Virus record (IMG/VR): IMGVR_UViG_3300026257_000002
Coordinates: 1 to 64,000 of that record
From: a virus
DNA length: 64,000 nt
Strand: one strand, 5' to 3'
The position numbers and the translations under genes were made by a program. Within the stretch, counting starts at the first letter, position 1. Each line of letters opens with the position of its first letter. Below the pieces are notes generated by a model. That model was not told where the DNA came from. It worked only from the letters and a program-made list of their open reading frames with translations, and searched no databases. This document shows, in pieces, positions 25,682 to 34,544 of this stretch.

Positions 25682-26425
25682 TTATACAGATGATGGGTTG
25701 AACTGCATAATCTTAAGGAAGTCTTCCACACTCTTATTCATGAGGAAACGATACTGATCCTGAACGCCAGCATCAAGTGCTTCAAATGTAGCAACCATTC
25801 TCTTAGCAACATCAGTGTTAACTCTAAGTGAACGACCATCTTTAAACTGAACGAAACCTTCTACTTCTTGATTACCATAGGTAGATTCCTGTGCCAGTTT
25901 CATGAGAGTTCCAAGAACTTCTACACCAGGAGCCTGAGTTCCTACTGATTCTGATACTTGCTTCTGAAGTGCAGTAGATTTCTTAGCAGCTTTCTTTCTG
26001 AAGTCAGACAAACGTGCCTTCATCAGAGTGTCCATCTCTTTAGTCTTATTCTGCATTTTGCCTTTGGCATCCTGCGCTTTCTTCTGAACTTCTTTCTGCT
26101 TGTTTAGTTTCTTTTGTTGGGCAATCTGTTTCTGAGCACGCTCAGTCTCTGAAGGTGAATCCTTCTTATCATCTGCCTCAACGATGTGTTGTTCTTGTGC
26201 CATTTTTTTCTTTGCCTTCTTGTCTCGGTTGGTTAAAATTCTGTTTACAAGTTTACGACCTGCTTTTGTTCTACCATCATATTTTTTCTTTTTCTTACTG
26301 GCAGGAATACCAGGAGGTTCATGTGAAGGAGGTAGTGATAGATTAGCACCGGAACCAACAGAATTTGTTGGTTCTTCCCACATTTGATATCTCGCTTGTT
26401 GTAGAAGTTTTCTAATGTTTTTCAT
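25682..26425 (-). CDS. Lys-rich hypothetical protein (247 aa)
   Basis: ORF track; ATGA overlap. Confidence 0.75.
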   Translation of the reverse strand: MKNIRKLLQQARYQMWEEPTNSVGSGANLSLPPSHEPPGIPASKKKKKYDGRTKAGRKLVNRILTNRDKKAKKKMAQEQHIVEADDKKDSPSETERAQKQIAQQKKLNKQKEVQKKAQDAKGKMQNKTKEMDTLMKARLSDFRKKAAKKSTALQKQVSESVGTQAPGVEVLGTLMKLAQESTYGNQEVEGFVQFKDGRSLRVNTDVAKRMVATFEALDAGVQDQYRFLMNKSVEDFLKIMQFNPSSV

Positions 26426-26784
26426 ATTTTATTTAGTTCTTCTAGACATTTATGATCTGGTTCAACATATTCCAGGTAGTTTTGTGGCATCCTATTTAAG
26501 TATATCAGAAAAGATTTGAGAACCGGCCAACAATTTCTTTCAATTTTATAAAATAGCAAAGGAACTGTAGCATCATTAAAAACATTAAAAAGAATAATCA
26601 AATGATTTAAAATTAAATGATGTTTAAGTATGTCAGAATTTATATACTTTCGCATAAGTTTTTTGACATACTTAAATCTTTTTAAATCCTCATCAAATTC
26701 TTCTTTAGTTGTGCAGTGTGGATTGTTGTAATATTTAATCGCAAAGAAGGCATAGTTGTCTTCATTCAGTTCATCAAATCTCAT
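26422..26784 (-). CDS. Conserved T4-like phage hypothetical protein (120 aa)
   Basis: MRFDELNEDNY..FAIKYYNNP..EEFDEDLKRFKY pattern recalled from T4-like phages. Confidence 0.8.
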   Translation of the reverse strand: MRFDELNEDNYAFFAIKYYNNPHCTTKEEFDEDLKRFKYVKKLMRKYINSDILKHHLILNHLIILFNVFNDATVPLLFYKIERNCWPVLKSFLIYLNRMPQNYLEYVEPDHKCLEELNKI

Positions 26785-26791
26785 TTAATTA

Positions 26792-27583
26792 TTAGGTAAC
26801 AGTTAAGGTAGCAGCAGAGGAAACTACTTCAGCAGCACCAGAGTCGGTAGTAACTTTGACTCTGTACTGATATCCATTCTCACCTGCCTCACCAGCAGTG
26901 GTAGCAGCAGTGGTAAAGGTAGCAGCATTTGCACTAGAGATGTCATCAAAGGTTGCTCCACTATCTGTGCTGAGTTGCCATTGATACTCAAGTGTGCCCG
27001 CACCAGTAGAAACTGTAGCAGCAACTGTGAATGCTTGCGTATTAGGAGCAGCAACAGATGCACTAGCAGGTTGTGTACCAATTGTGATAACAGCAAGAGC
27101 ATCAGCAGCAATTCTATCATCAGTAAAGTCACCAGCAGTACCAGCAGCAACATTCAGGTGTGCCAAACACTCTGCTTTATGACGAGTTTCACCCTCAACA
27201 TCATAACTCTTATAGAGCCACCAACCAGGGCCCCAAATACCACGTCCTTTGTTTGTAGCAAGTGCTGCCTCAGTAGTGTCAGCAAAAATGAGTTCTCCAG
27301 GCAGACTATCACCACCTTTAATTACATAATCAGCGACTGCTTTAGGAGCAGTGCGACGAATTGCACCAGCAAGTGAATTGTCAGTAGCACCAGCATATGC
27401 TTTATGCAATTCAATTGCAGTTGTGCTGGTTACTTCTTTGACGAGGTATGATACACCGCCAAGAACAAGGATGTCTCCTACATCTACGTTATCTGCAGCG
27501 TTCTTTGTAACAGTAGCATCAGTTTGTGTGACTGCTACATTGTTAGCAAAGGTGGCGGCATCAATTTTTCCGAGAATTGCCAT
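26792..27583 (-). CDS. Virion protein with C-terminal Ig-like domain (possible capsid decoration, Hoc-like)
   Basis: ITIGTQPAS...LEYQWQLSTDSG...YQYRVKVT...SSAATLTVT Ig-like motif; TATAAATA upstream. Confidence 0.7.
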   Translation of the reverse strand: MAILGKIDAATFANNVAVTQTDATVTKNAADNVDVGDILVLGGVSYLVKEVTSTTAIELHKAYAGATDNSLAGAIRRTAPKAVADYVIKGGDSLPGELIFADTTEAALATNKGRGIWGPGWWLYKSYDVEGETRHKAECLAHLNVAAGTAGDFTDDRIAADALAVITIGTQPASASVAAPNTQAFTVAATVSTGAGTLEYQWQLSTDSGATFDDISSANAATFTTAATTAGEAGENGYQYRVKVTTDSGAAEVVSSAATLTVT

Positions 27584-27617
27584 TTGTCTCCCTAAAAGTT
27601 TTTTCTTAATCTTTGAT

Positions 27618-27647
27618 TATTTATAAAAAAAGGGGAGTATACTCCCC
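27618..27647 (-). terminator. Terminator followed by late promoter TATAAATA (27618-27625)
   Basis: GGGGAG-TATA-CTCCCC, T7 tract, then TATAAATA. Confidence 0.8.
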
Positions 27648-27674
27648 AATAAAATACCTAATTATTAACTGCTA

Positions 27675-27890
27675 TCAGTCTTCTTCGCGAGCTTTGATTG
27701 CTTTAGTAACAACCTCAAGAAGTTGATCATCCATATCAGTCTTAGTTAACTTAACTGCTTTAGCAAGAATAACAAGACAGATCTCAACCATCTTCTCACC
27801 AAGTTCTTCATTTTCTGGAATTTTATTAACAGCATCAGAAACAATTTTAGATGCAAGTGGAAGTAAAAAAGCCAACATAGTAAACCTCAT
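27675..27890 (-). CDS. Small hypothetical protein (~67-71 aa)
   Basis: ORF track. Confidence 0.7.
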   Translation of the reverse strand: MRFTMLAFLLPLASKIVSDAVNKIPENEELGEKMVEICLVILAKAVKLTKTDMDDQLLEVVTKAIKAREED

Positions 27891-27916
27891 TAGTAATGTA
27901 TACCGTATATATGTCT

Positions 27917-28741
27917 TTAATATTTTTTTATTTTCTTACTACCACTACATCCACATCCTTCATCTACCGTTTCCTCTGAATTACAGTCGGCAGTTCCATG
28001 CACAGCACACTTACTTCCTTCTTTTGAATTGTTACATTTTGCTTCTTCTAATCCCATTTCAGTTCTCCAATCAGAGAACTCTTCTTTCTTCACTGCCTTA
28101 CCAATTTCTTTACGACGTTTGGCAAGATACTTATCTGACTTATCCTTATCACCATCATTATCAATATCACCATCTTCCTTACCAACAGGATCAAGTGCTT
28201 CCATTAAATCCACCTTAGTAGAAACTTGCTTCACACCACCTTCAAATAATTTACCAGAGGAAAGTTTTGCTACCGTAGCATCCATCAGTGATGCTGAATA
28301 CTGATCTTCAACGGTCTTTTTATTTTCCACTTCTCCATAACACTCCTTTCCGGCAATACCATCAGTAGATCGTTTAATTAAAGAATCCGAATAACTATCG
28401 TTGTACATTTCTTTATGGGTACTTTTTCTTTTATTTATAGATGTGGACCACTCAGGTGTCTTATTCTTACCATATCTTTCTTTCTTCTGACCAGGAGTAA
28501 GATCCTGAAGATACTCTCTGTTCTCATCAGTGCCGAGTTCATGAACTTCACTAATATCGGAAATCCAACTCCTGAATGTTTTATGATTTTCATCTAAGCA
28601 GATGACATAGTTAGGTCCACGCCTAATAATAGTACCAACATGATCATTTCCATTACGAACTTTCATCCCCTCTGGGAAAATCTCATCATTATAATACTGT
28701 TCACGGGTGTAAACCTTTGAGTATTCTGAAAAGTTATACAT
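27917..28741 (-). CDS. Hypothetical protein (274 aa) with KOW/SH3-like N-terminal segment and a DxDxDG loop
   Basis: GTIIRRGPNYVICLD; DGDIDNDGDKDKSD; ATAAATA at 28764-28770. Confidence 0.7.
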   Translation of the reverse strand: MYNFSEYSKVYTREQYYNDEIFPEGMKVRNGNDHVGTIIRRGPNYVICLDENHKTFRSWISDISEVHELGTDENREYLQDLTPGQKKERYGKNKTPEWSTSINKRKSTHKEMYNDSYSDSLIKRSTDGIAGKECYGEVENKKTVEDQYSASLMDATVAKLSSGKLFEGGVKQVSTKVDLMEALDPVGKEDGDIDNDGDKDKSDKYLAKRRKEIGKAVKKEEFSDWRTEMGLEEAKCNNSKEGSKCAVHGTADCNSEETVDEGCGCSGSKKIKKY

Positions 28742-28769
28742 TAATAGTTAGATTCTATCTTACTATTTA

Positions 28770-29333
28770 TTATTTAAAATTGGCGGGAAGATTCTGTGCA
28801 ATTTCTCTCATTAAACTTCTGCAATCATTATCATTCAAAGAAGTAGGAATGCCTGATCGAAAAGTTTTAAAGTCTAACTTGTGTGCTGCTCTTCTCATTT
28901 TAGTTCCAGAGATAGTAAAAGTATCTCCATCAGCATCTCTGCTACCAGAAGATCTAATCTCAACCTTTCTGAACGAGAAGTCTTTACCATTATATTTGTG
29001 TAGGAATTGCATAGCAGAAACTCTATCAGAACCTACAAGGAATACCACCTCATCATATCCTGCCATCATAATATCCTGCAGGATAGCAACAGGATCTTTA
29101 GGACCAGAGAAGATTTTTCCTTTATGTTCAGGAAACATCTTATCCATATAATGTTTCTTCCTGTCGGGTGGAAGTGGGTTGTTACCTTTCTTATCTAAAG
29201 TCTGTGAAATATAAATGCGGTAGTCATTCCTCCCTGCTGCTTGTTTCACACCAGCAAAGTTTTCTTTATGTCCTGTGGTTGGTGGTTGAAATCTACCAAA
29301 TGTAAAGTAGCAAACCTTTCCGTCTAACGCCAT
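28770..29333 (-). CDS. Cytidylyltransferase-like (HIGH-motif) nucleotidyltransferase
   Basis: FTFGRFQPPTTGH (HxGH-like), FLVGSDR, ISGTKMR. Confidence 0.85.
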   Translation of the reverse strand: MALDGKVCYFTFGRFQPPTTGHKENFAGVKQAAGRNDYRIYISQTLDKKGNNPLPPDRKKHYMDKMFPEHKGKIFSGPKDPVAILQDIMMAGYDEVVFLVGSDRVSAMQFLHKYNGKDFSFRKVEIRSSGSRDADGDTFTISGTKMRRAAHKLDFKTFRSGIPTSLNDNDCRSLMREIAQNLPANFK

Positions 29334-30517
29334 TGTTTCTGTAAAGTGAAATTGTTGTACGCAAACTCAAGACGATTAACAAACTTAATCATGTCACCAT
29401 CCTTATGAAGGACATAACCCTCTGGGGTTGTGACCTTATATCCTTTATCAGTCTGAACAAATGTTCTGAACTCTTCTAAGTGATCTAGTTTATCTATAAC
29501 CATTTGTTTCACTTCCTGCATTTCTTTATATAATGCAAGCAATGCCTTGAACTTATAGACATTATTTACAAGGTAATTTTCACTCTGATAAACAAGATTA
29601 CGTTTCTTGATAAGGTTTGGAGCAGTCTTAATCCTGGCAAGTTCCTTTGTCATCTTGGCATGATAAAAATTACCCAGTGCATATAATGCTGCATCAACAT
29701 TACCAATACTACGAGCATTCTTAATCTCATCATTAAAGAACTGCTTCAGATAAGTTGAAATATGAAACTTGGCATCACCTGTACTACCACTGACATCAAC
29801 CAGTTCATCTAAAAAGTCTCCACAGATCACACACATACGCTCAATCTTGGTGATATAACTATTAAATTTTTGCATTTCTGATGATGAAAATCCAACCCTA
29901 TGCATTGGTGTATCATTCTTAACTACCAATGCTTCATTAGAACCTTCAATATCAGCACCAGCAAGTGCTTGCATTGATTGAAAATCTGTTCCTCTGTAAT
30001 GTGTATGAAAAACTATACCAATCTGAGAACGTCCTGCTGCCTGACCAATAGGATGATTTACTGGAATGCCATATGTAATAGTGTTAGGTCTGAATGTATA
30101 AAGTTGTTCTCCATTAATTGTTTCTTGCTTAAGAGTAGACTTTGTATATAAAAGATCACCCTGAAATATACCATTCATCTTCAATTTTGAAAAATACTTC
30201 AGAGAAAATTTTAATTTTTCTGCAAGGTCTCCTTCATAATATAAATCAACATCTTCTTCTGCATAACAAATTTTAGGAGTTTGGGCAAATACAGATTTAG
30301 TTCCAACAAAAAACATTCCACTGTTAGGATCTTTACCACAAATAAGTGATGGAGCACCGTCCCATTTGGTTTGCATAAAACCTTGGGACTCCTGATGACC
30401 CAGCATATTCCTTAACTCTTTCAAGAAAGAAACTGCAGCAGAACATCCTTCCGAACCATAGTTCAGCATTTCATCTTCAAGATGTTCTAGATGTTTTAGT
30501 TGGGTTACATTTGCCAT
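29324..30517 (-). CDS. Conserved T4-like protein with putative ATP-dependent ligase-type motifs (397 aa)
   Basis: TKWDG (KxDG), FQGDLLY, EGYVL, IKFVNR. Confidence 0.65.
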   Translation of the reverse strand: MANVTQLKHLEHLEDEMLNYGSEGCSAAVSFLKELRNMLGHQESQGFMQTKWDGAPSLICGKDPNSGMFFVGTKSVFAQTPKICYAEEDVDLYYEGDLAEKLKFSLKYFSKLKMNGIFQGDLLYTKSTLKQETINGEQLYTFRPNTITYGIPVNHPIGQAAGRSQIGIVFHTHYRGTDFQSMQALAGADIEGSNEALVVKNDTPMHRVGFSSSEMQKFNSYITKIERMCVICGDFLDELVDVSGSTGDAKFHISTYLKQFFNDEIKNARSIGNVDAALYALGNFYHAKMTKELARIKTAPNLIKKRNLVYQSENYLVNNVYKFKALLALYKEMQEVKQMVIDKLDHLEEFRTFVQTDKGYKVTTPEGYVLHKDGDMIKFVNRLEFAYNNFTLQKQWR

Positions 30518-31677
30518 TAGTCGTCGTATCCGTCTGAAGGAATGCTATAAACAGTTTCCATATTAAATTTATAACCAGACTGCAATTTATCTGGCCAAGG
30601 CAGACTCTTACCAGCTTCGTCACTGGCACCAGATGTATCGCGAATATTAAATTTCAACTCCATTGCTGGAGTACCCACAGTAATATCAATTCTTTGTCCA
30701 GTACCACTCTTACCTCCATAATGAACAACAACAGAATTCACACTAGTTGCTGCATCACATACTTGTTTGGTCATAGGAAAATTTTTAATATTATTTCCCT
30801 TCTCCATGTGAGTATAGTGATAACCATATCCAATAGATCCACGAATCATACTTTGTAATAGTGTTCTATTGAATTTTGGATTATCTACATTGCCACCACT
30901 CACAATTTTACCTAACTTTGCTTGATTGAATATTGCACAGAATCTTTCATTCTCAATACCAAAAGTTTCTAGAACTTTTTTACCAACATTATTTTTAATT
31001 TCACCACTTTCAATCTCACCCTTTGGAAATATTTTTTTAACACCAAGATTAGACATTGTTGTAGTACCACCCTTCTTAAGAGAAAGATAGATTTTTCTCT
31101 CTGCTTTTCCTTTACATTTTGTATGTAATGTCAGGTCAGTAACAATAGCACCAATATCATAATTAGATGCAGTAGCATTACCAATTTTCCACCCACTCCC
31201 TTCAAATACAATGGGTCTTTTTTTATTATCTGGACCTTCGTTGACCAACACGTAGGAACAATCATCAAGATTGTATGTTTTAATCAACTCTTTAATAAAA
31301 TCTTTATATGGATTTTTGGAATAGTCACCAGTTTCAATCCAATCATTCAAACCATTCTCTAACTGTGCCTCAAACAAATTACCTGTGTTTCTTGTACCAC
31401 GATTGCCCCTACTACCATCACCCCAACTAACTTTAAGTTTACTAATTTTTAATTTTCTTTTCAAATCTGGTATTGCTATCTCATCCTTTAATGCTCTTGA
31501 AAGTTTAGCGTTTGTTTTATTCTGACCATCAAATGCCAATGGGTTTTCTATCACACCATCATAATTTTCTTTAAGATAATTCCATAGACGAAGGGATTCT
31601 GCTGCAACAGATCCATCCATATGAGATACAGATTTTCCTGCGTCAGAAAAAGTTGATGGTATGAGATTATATGCCAT
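30517..31677 (-). CDS. Hypothetical protein, possibly PD-(D/E)xK nuclease-like (386 aa)
   Basis: GNLFE...TDLTL...IYLSLK pattern. Confidence 0.55.
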   Translation of the reverse strand: MAYNLIPSTFSDAGKSVSHMDGSVAAESLRLWNYLKENYDGVIENPLAFDGQNKTNAKLSRALKDEIAIPDLKRKLKISKLKVSWGDGSRGNRGTRNTGNLFEAQLENGLNDWIETGDYSKNPYKDFIKELIKTYNLDDCSYVLVNEGPDNKKRPIVFEGSGWKIGNATASNYDIGAIVTDLTLHTKCKGKAERKIYLSLKKGGTTTMSNLGVKKIFPKGEIESGEIKNNVGKKVLETFGIENERFCAIFNQAKLGKIVSGGNVDNPKFNRTLLQSMIRGSIGYGYHYTHMEKGNNIKNFPMTKQVCDAATSVNSVVVHYGGKSGTGQRIDITVGTPAMELKFNIRDTSGASDEAGKSLPWPDKLQSGYKFNMETVYSIPSDGYDD

Positions 31678-31697
31678 AAAAAAACCCCTATAGGGGT
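31678..31697 (-). terminator. Rho-independent terminator
   Basis: ACCCC-TATA-GGGGT followed by a T tract. Confidence 0.65.
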
Positions 31698-31740
31698 ATT
31701 TATATTAAAGATCTCTGGGGGTATTTATATTAAAGATCTC
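31693..31740 (-). repeat. 23-bp direct repeat (period 25) containing the mazG stop codon and late promoter TATAAATA
   Basis: ggggtatttatattaaagatctc at 31693-31715 and 31718-31740. Confidence 0.9.
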
Positions 31741-32134
31741 CTGCCTCACGTTTTTCAGATCGTTCAATACTAAATGAACCCTCAGGGTAACGAGCACTCA
31801 GTTTTTCAAAATTCATCTGAATAATTTCTTCAAGAGAAACATTGAGACCCATACATGCCTGAGCGACATACCACATGATATCTCCAAGTTCACGTTTAAG
31901 ATGAAACAGATTCTCTTCGTTTACTGGTTTACCCTGAAAGATAATCTTCTTAACGATCTCAGTAAACTCACCTGCTTCAGCAGACATACCTACAGCAGCA
32001 GTAAGTAATCGCTCACTAGGAAACTCCTGTCCTTCCAGTTCTTGAAGACGATAGATAAATGCTTCATAGTCCTTGCTTTGTTCTGATGTAACAGCGTCAA
32101 CAAACTCAATGTATTTCTGTGTGTCGATGGTCAT
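31730..32134 (-). CDS. mazG: MazG-like nucleotide pyrophosphohydrolase
   Basis: AAVGMSAEAGEFTEIVKK...KRELGDIMWYVAQ...NFEKLSARYP. Confidence 0.93.
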   Translation of the reverse strand: MTIDTQKYIEFVDAVTSEQSKDYEAFIYRLQELEGQEFPSERLLTAAVGMSAEAGEFTEIVKKIIFQGKPVNEENLFHLKRELGDIMWYVAQACMGLNVSLEEIIQMNFEKLSARYPEGSFSIERSEKREAGDL

Positions 32135-32137
32135 AGA

Positions 32138-33526
32138 TTAAAATTTAAATTCAGTTAACTTTGCCATAGATGATTTACTTTGAGATCTGGCAACCTCCTC
32201 AAAATTATACTCTTCCTGCCCTGAGTCAACAATGTCAACCTGAGCAGATTCCTCTACATCATACAACCTCATCTTCGCCCTGTCAATACCTATAACAAAT
32301 CTTTTATATGATGTAGTATCGTTATAACGATTTTTAAGTTGCTTAATCATGAGTTGATTAATTCCTTCAAGTTCTTCTGTGCTGATAAGAGCAAACATAA
32401 AGTCTGCAGTAGCAGGAAGTCCAAAAGACTCAGAGGTATCTGTAAGATCAATATCGCTAGCGCCATACCCAGAACGAGTAGTCTGAGTAGCCGAAACAAT
32501 AGGGACGTTATGTTCTGCAGCAAGTCCACGAAGTTCTTCTGCAATCGCTTTGATGTTAGTATAAGAATTTACAAGTGCTCCTTTATAACGTGATGATGCA
32601 CAGATGTTTAGATAATCAATAAAGATAATGTCTGGTTTAAAACTTTTCTTGAGTGAAAGTTCATTCAGAAGTGCCTTGAAGTGTCCACTGTGCGCTGACG
32701 CTGTAGGATATTCTTTAATGATAAGTTTGCCGTTGGTCTTCTGTGCCAGTCTAGTTACTTTGGAACTGAAGATTTGTTCTGGCAGTTCTTCAATGTCCTT
32801 GATGTTTACGTTGAGCAGATTCGCGTCAATGCGTTCTGCGATTTTTTCTTCCGCCATTTCCAACGTGATATATAAGACGTTTTTGCCTTGAAGGAGTGTC
32901 GCAGCGGCCATGTGACACATAAACAAAGACTTACCCACCCCAGTACCAGCAAGTGCGATGTTGAGAGTTTTGTTAGAAATACCACCCTTCGTAATTTTAT
33001 TGAAGAGAGACAGATCGAATGGGATTTTGTTTTCATTTCTATGATAGAACTCGTAGCGACTTTCATAATCTTCTATGTAGTCATGCCCAATGTGCTCATC
33101 GAATGAAACACCCAATGCTTCCTGAAGAATTGATGGGATCGCATCTTCATTTCTCTTCTCATCCTGACCATCAGCAATCTTAACACTCTCTAGTAGTGCT
33201 AAGTAAACTGCACGTTGCTTACACCACTTTTCAGTAGCGTCAAGGATCCAACGATCATCAACTTCAGTGTTATCGATGTCAGTAATTTTTACTTGCAGTT
33301 CCTTATAAGAATCTTCATTCAGATCCTTGCGATTATCAACTTCAATAGAAAGTACTTCCTTGGTTGGTGGTTGACCATAGTTAACTACAAACTCATTAAT
33401 AATATCAAACAGAATTTTATCAGAGTAATCATTAAAATATTCTGGTTTCACGTAAGGAATAACCTTACGCATATAACTCTCGTTAGTAACGAGATTTTTC
33501 AGTATAGTACTTTCAATTACTTCCAT
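32138..33526 (-). CDS. gp41: Replicative DNA helicase (T4 gp41)
   Basis: Walker A LAGTGVGKS, YITLEM, IFIDYL, SESFGLPATAD; start reassigned to MEVIES (TGATG coupling). Confidence 0.96.
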   Translation of the reverse strand: MEVIESTILKNLVTNESYMRKVIPYVKPEYFNDYSDKILFDIINEFVVNYGQPPTKEVLSIEVDNRKDLNEDSYKELQVKITDIDNTEVDDRWILDATEKWCKQRAVYLALLESVKIADGQDEKRNEDAIPSILQEALGVSFDEHIGHDYIEDYESRYEFYHRNENKIPFDLSLFNKITKGGISNKTLNIALAGTGVGKSLFMCHMAAATLLQGKNVLYITLEMAEEKIAERIDANLLNVNIKDIEELPEQIFSSKVTRLAQKTNGKLIIKEYPTASAHSGHFKALLNELSLKKSFKPDIIFIDYLNICASSRYKGALVNSYTNIKAIAEELRGLAAEHNVPIVSATQTTRSGYGASDIDLTDTSESFGLPATADFMFALISTEELEGINQLMIKQLKNRYNDTTSYKRFVIGIDRAKMRLYDVEESAQVDIVDSGQEEYNFEEVARSQSKSSMAKLTEFKF

Positions 33527-34539
33527 CAAGATCCATAGCAGAATTCTTTTTTGGCACATTCGTCAAGTTTTTGGAGGATTTCTTCAGTGAAGAACTTCTC
33601 TGGATCCTTGTAGATAGCAGAAGGATATACATTCCCATGCTCAGTCTTAACACGGTTACCAATACGTTCAAAGACTCCGTGCTGTTGACCCAGTTCCAAT
33701 AATCCGTAATACTTATCAAGTCCACGTTCGTCAAAAAATAACCTCGTTTCTACAATAGAATTTTCTTTAGTAAAGCGAGACTTATGTGCCTTCACTTTAA
33801 TAATGTTACCAACCTGCTCGGTGCCATCCTTCTCCTTCTTTTTAGAGAGAAACAGAATACTAGAAGCAGCATATTTAAGACCAGTGCCACCACCCATTTC
33901 CTTAGTAGGAACATAAGCACCAACAACTTCATAAGTGTGGTTAGTAACAATCAAAGGAATGCCTGCCTGACCCAACTTCAATGACAAAATTCTAAAGATA
34001 GACTTAATCACCTGAGCACGGGTCATGTCGCGGGTCTCCTTACCATCAGTGGCATCCTGCACTTCCTTGGAAGTAGACAGCATACCCAAAGAGTCTAGCA
34101 CAAAGAGGAGCGGTGGGCGATCCTCCTTCTTGAGTTTCATAAACTCATCAACAACCTTGATAGATTGTGTGCGAAACTCCTGAACTGTGGTTACAGGGAC
34201 AAGACCAACTCGCTTCACATCAATATCGCGAGTTGCCATCATATCCTTAGAGATAGCAGACTCCGACTCAAAGTAGATTACCTGACCTTCAGGATTCTGC
34301 TCAAGAAAGTTCTTTACGATTGAGAGGGCAAAGAAGGTTTTACCTGTACTGGACTCTCCTGCGAGGGCGGTGACTTTGTTTTGTGGGAGACCACCAAAAA
34401 TGCTCCCAGACACAAGAGCATTGAGGATGTAAGAGCCAGTGTCCACAAACGAATCACAATCCCCAGCGGCGATGCCTTCATCAACGATTGACGCAAATTC
34501 ATTATCTAACTCCTTGATAACGCTGTTTAAAAATGACAT
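33526..34539 (-). CDS. uvsX: RecA-like recombinase
   Basis: [33 protein letters not shown]. Confidence 0.96.
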   Translation of the reverse strand: MSFLNSVIKELDNEFASIVDEGIAAGDCDSFVDTGSYILNALVSGSIFGGLPQNKVTALAGESSTGKTFFALSIVKNFLEQNPEGQVIYFESESAISKDMMATRDIDVKRVGLVPVTTVQEFRTQSIKVVDEFMKLKKEDRPPLLFVLDSLGMLSTSKEVQDATDGKETRDMTRAQVIKSIFRILSLKLGQAGIPLIVTNHTYEVVGAYVPTKEMGGGTGLKYAASSILFLSKKKEKDGTEQVGNIIKVKAHKSRFTKENSIVETRLFFDERGLDKYYGLLELGQQHGVFERIGNRVKTEHGNVYPSAIYKDPEKFFTEEILQKLDECAKKEFCYGS

Positions 34540-34544
34540 AATAA

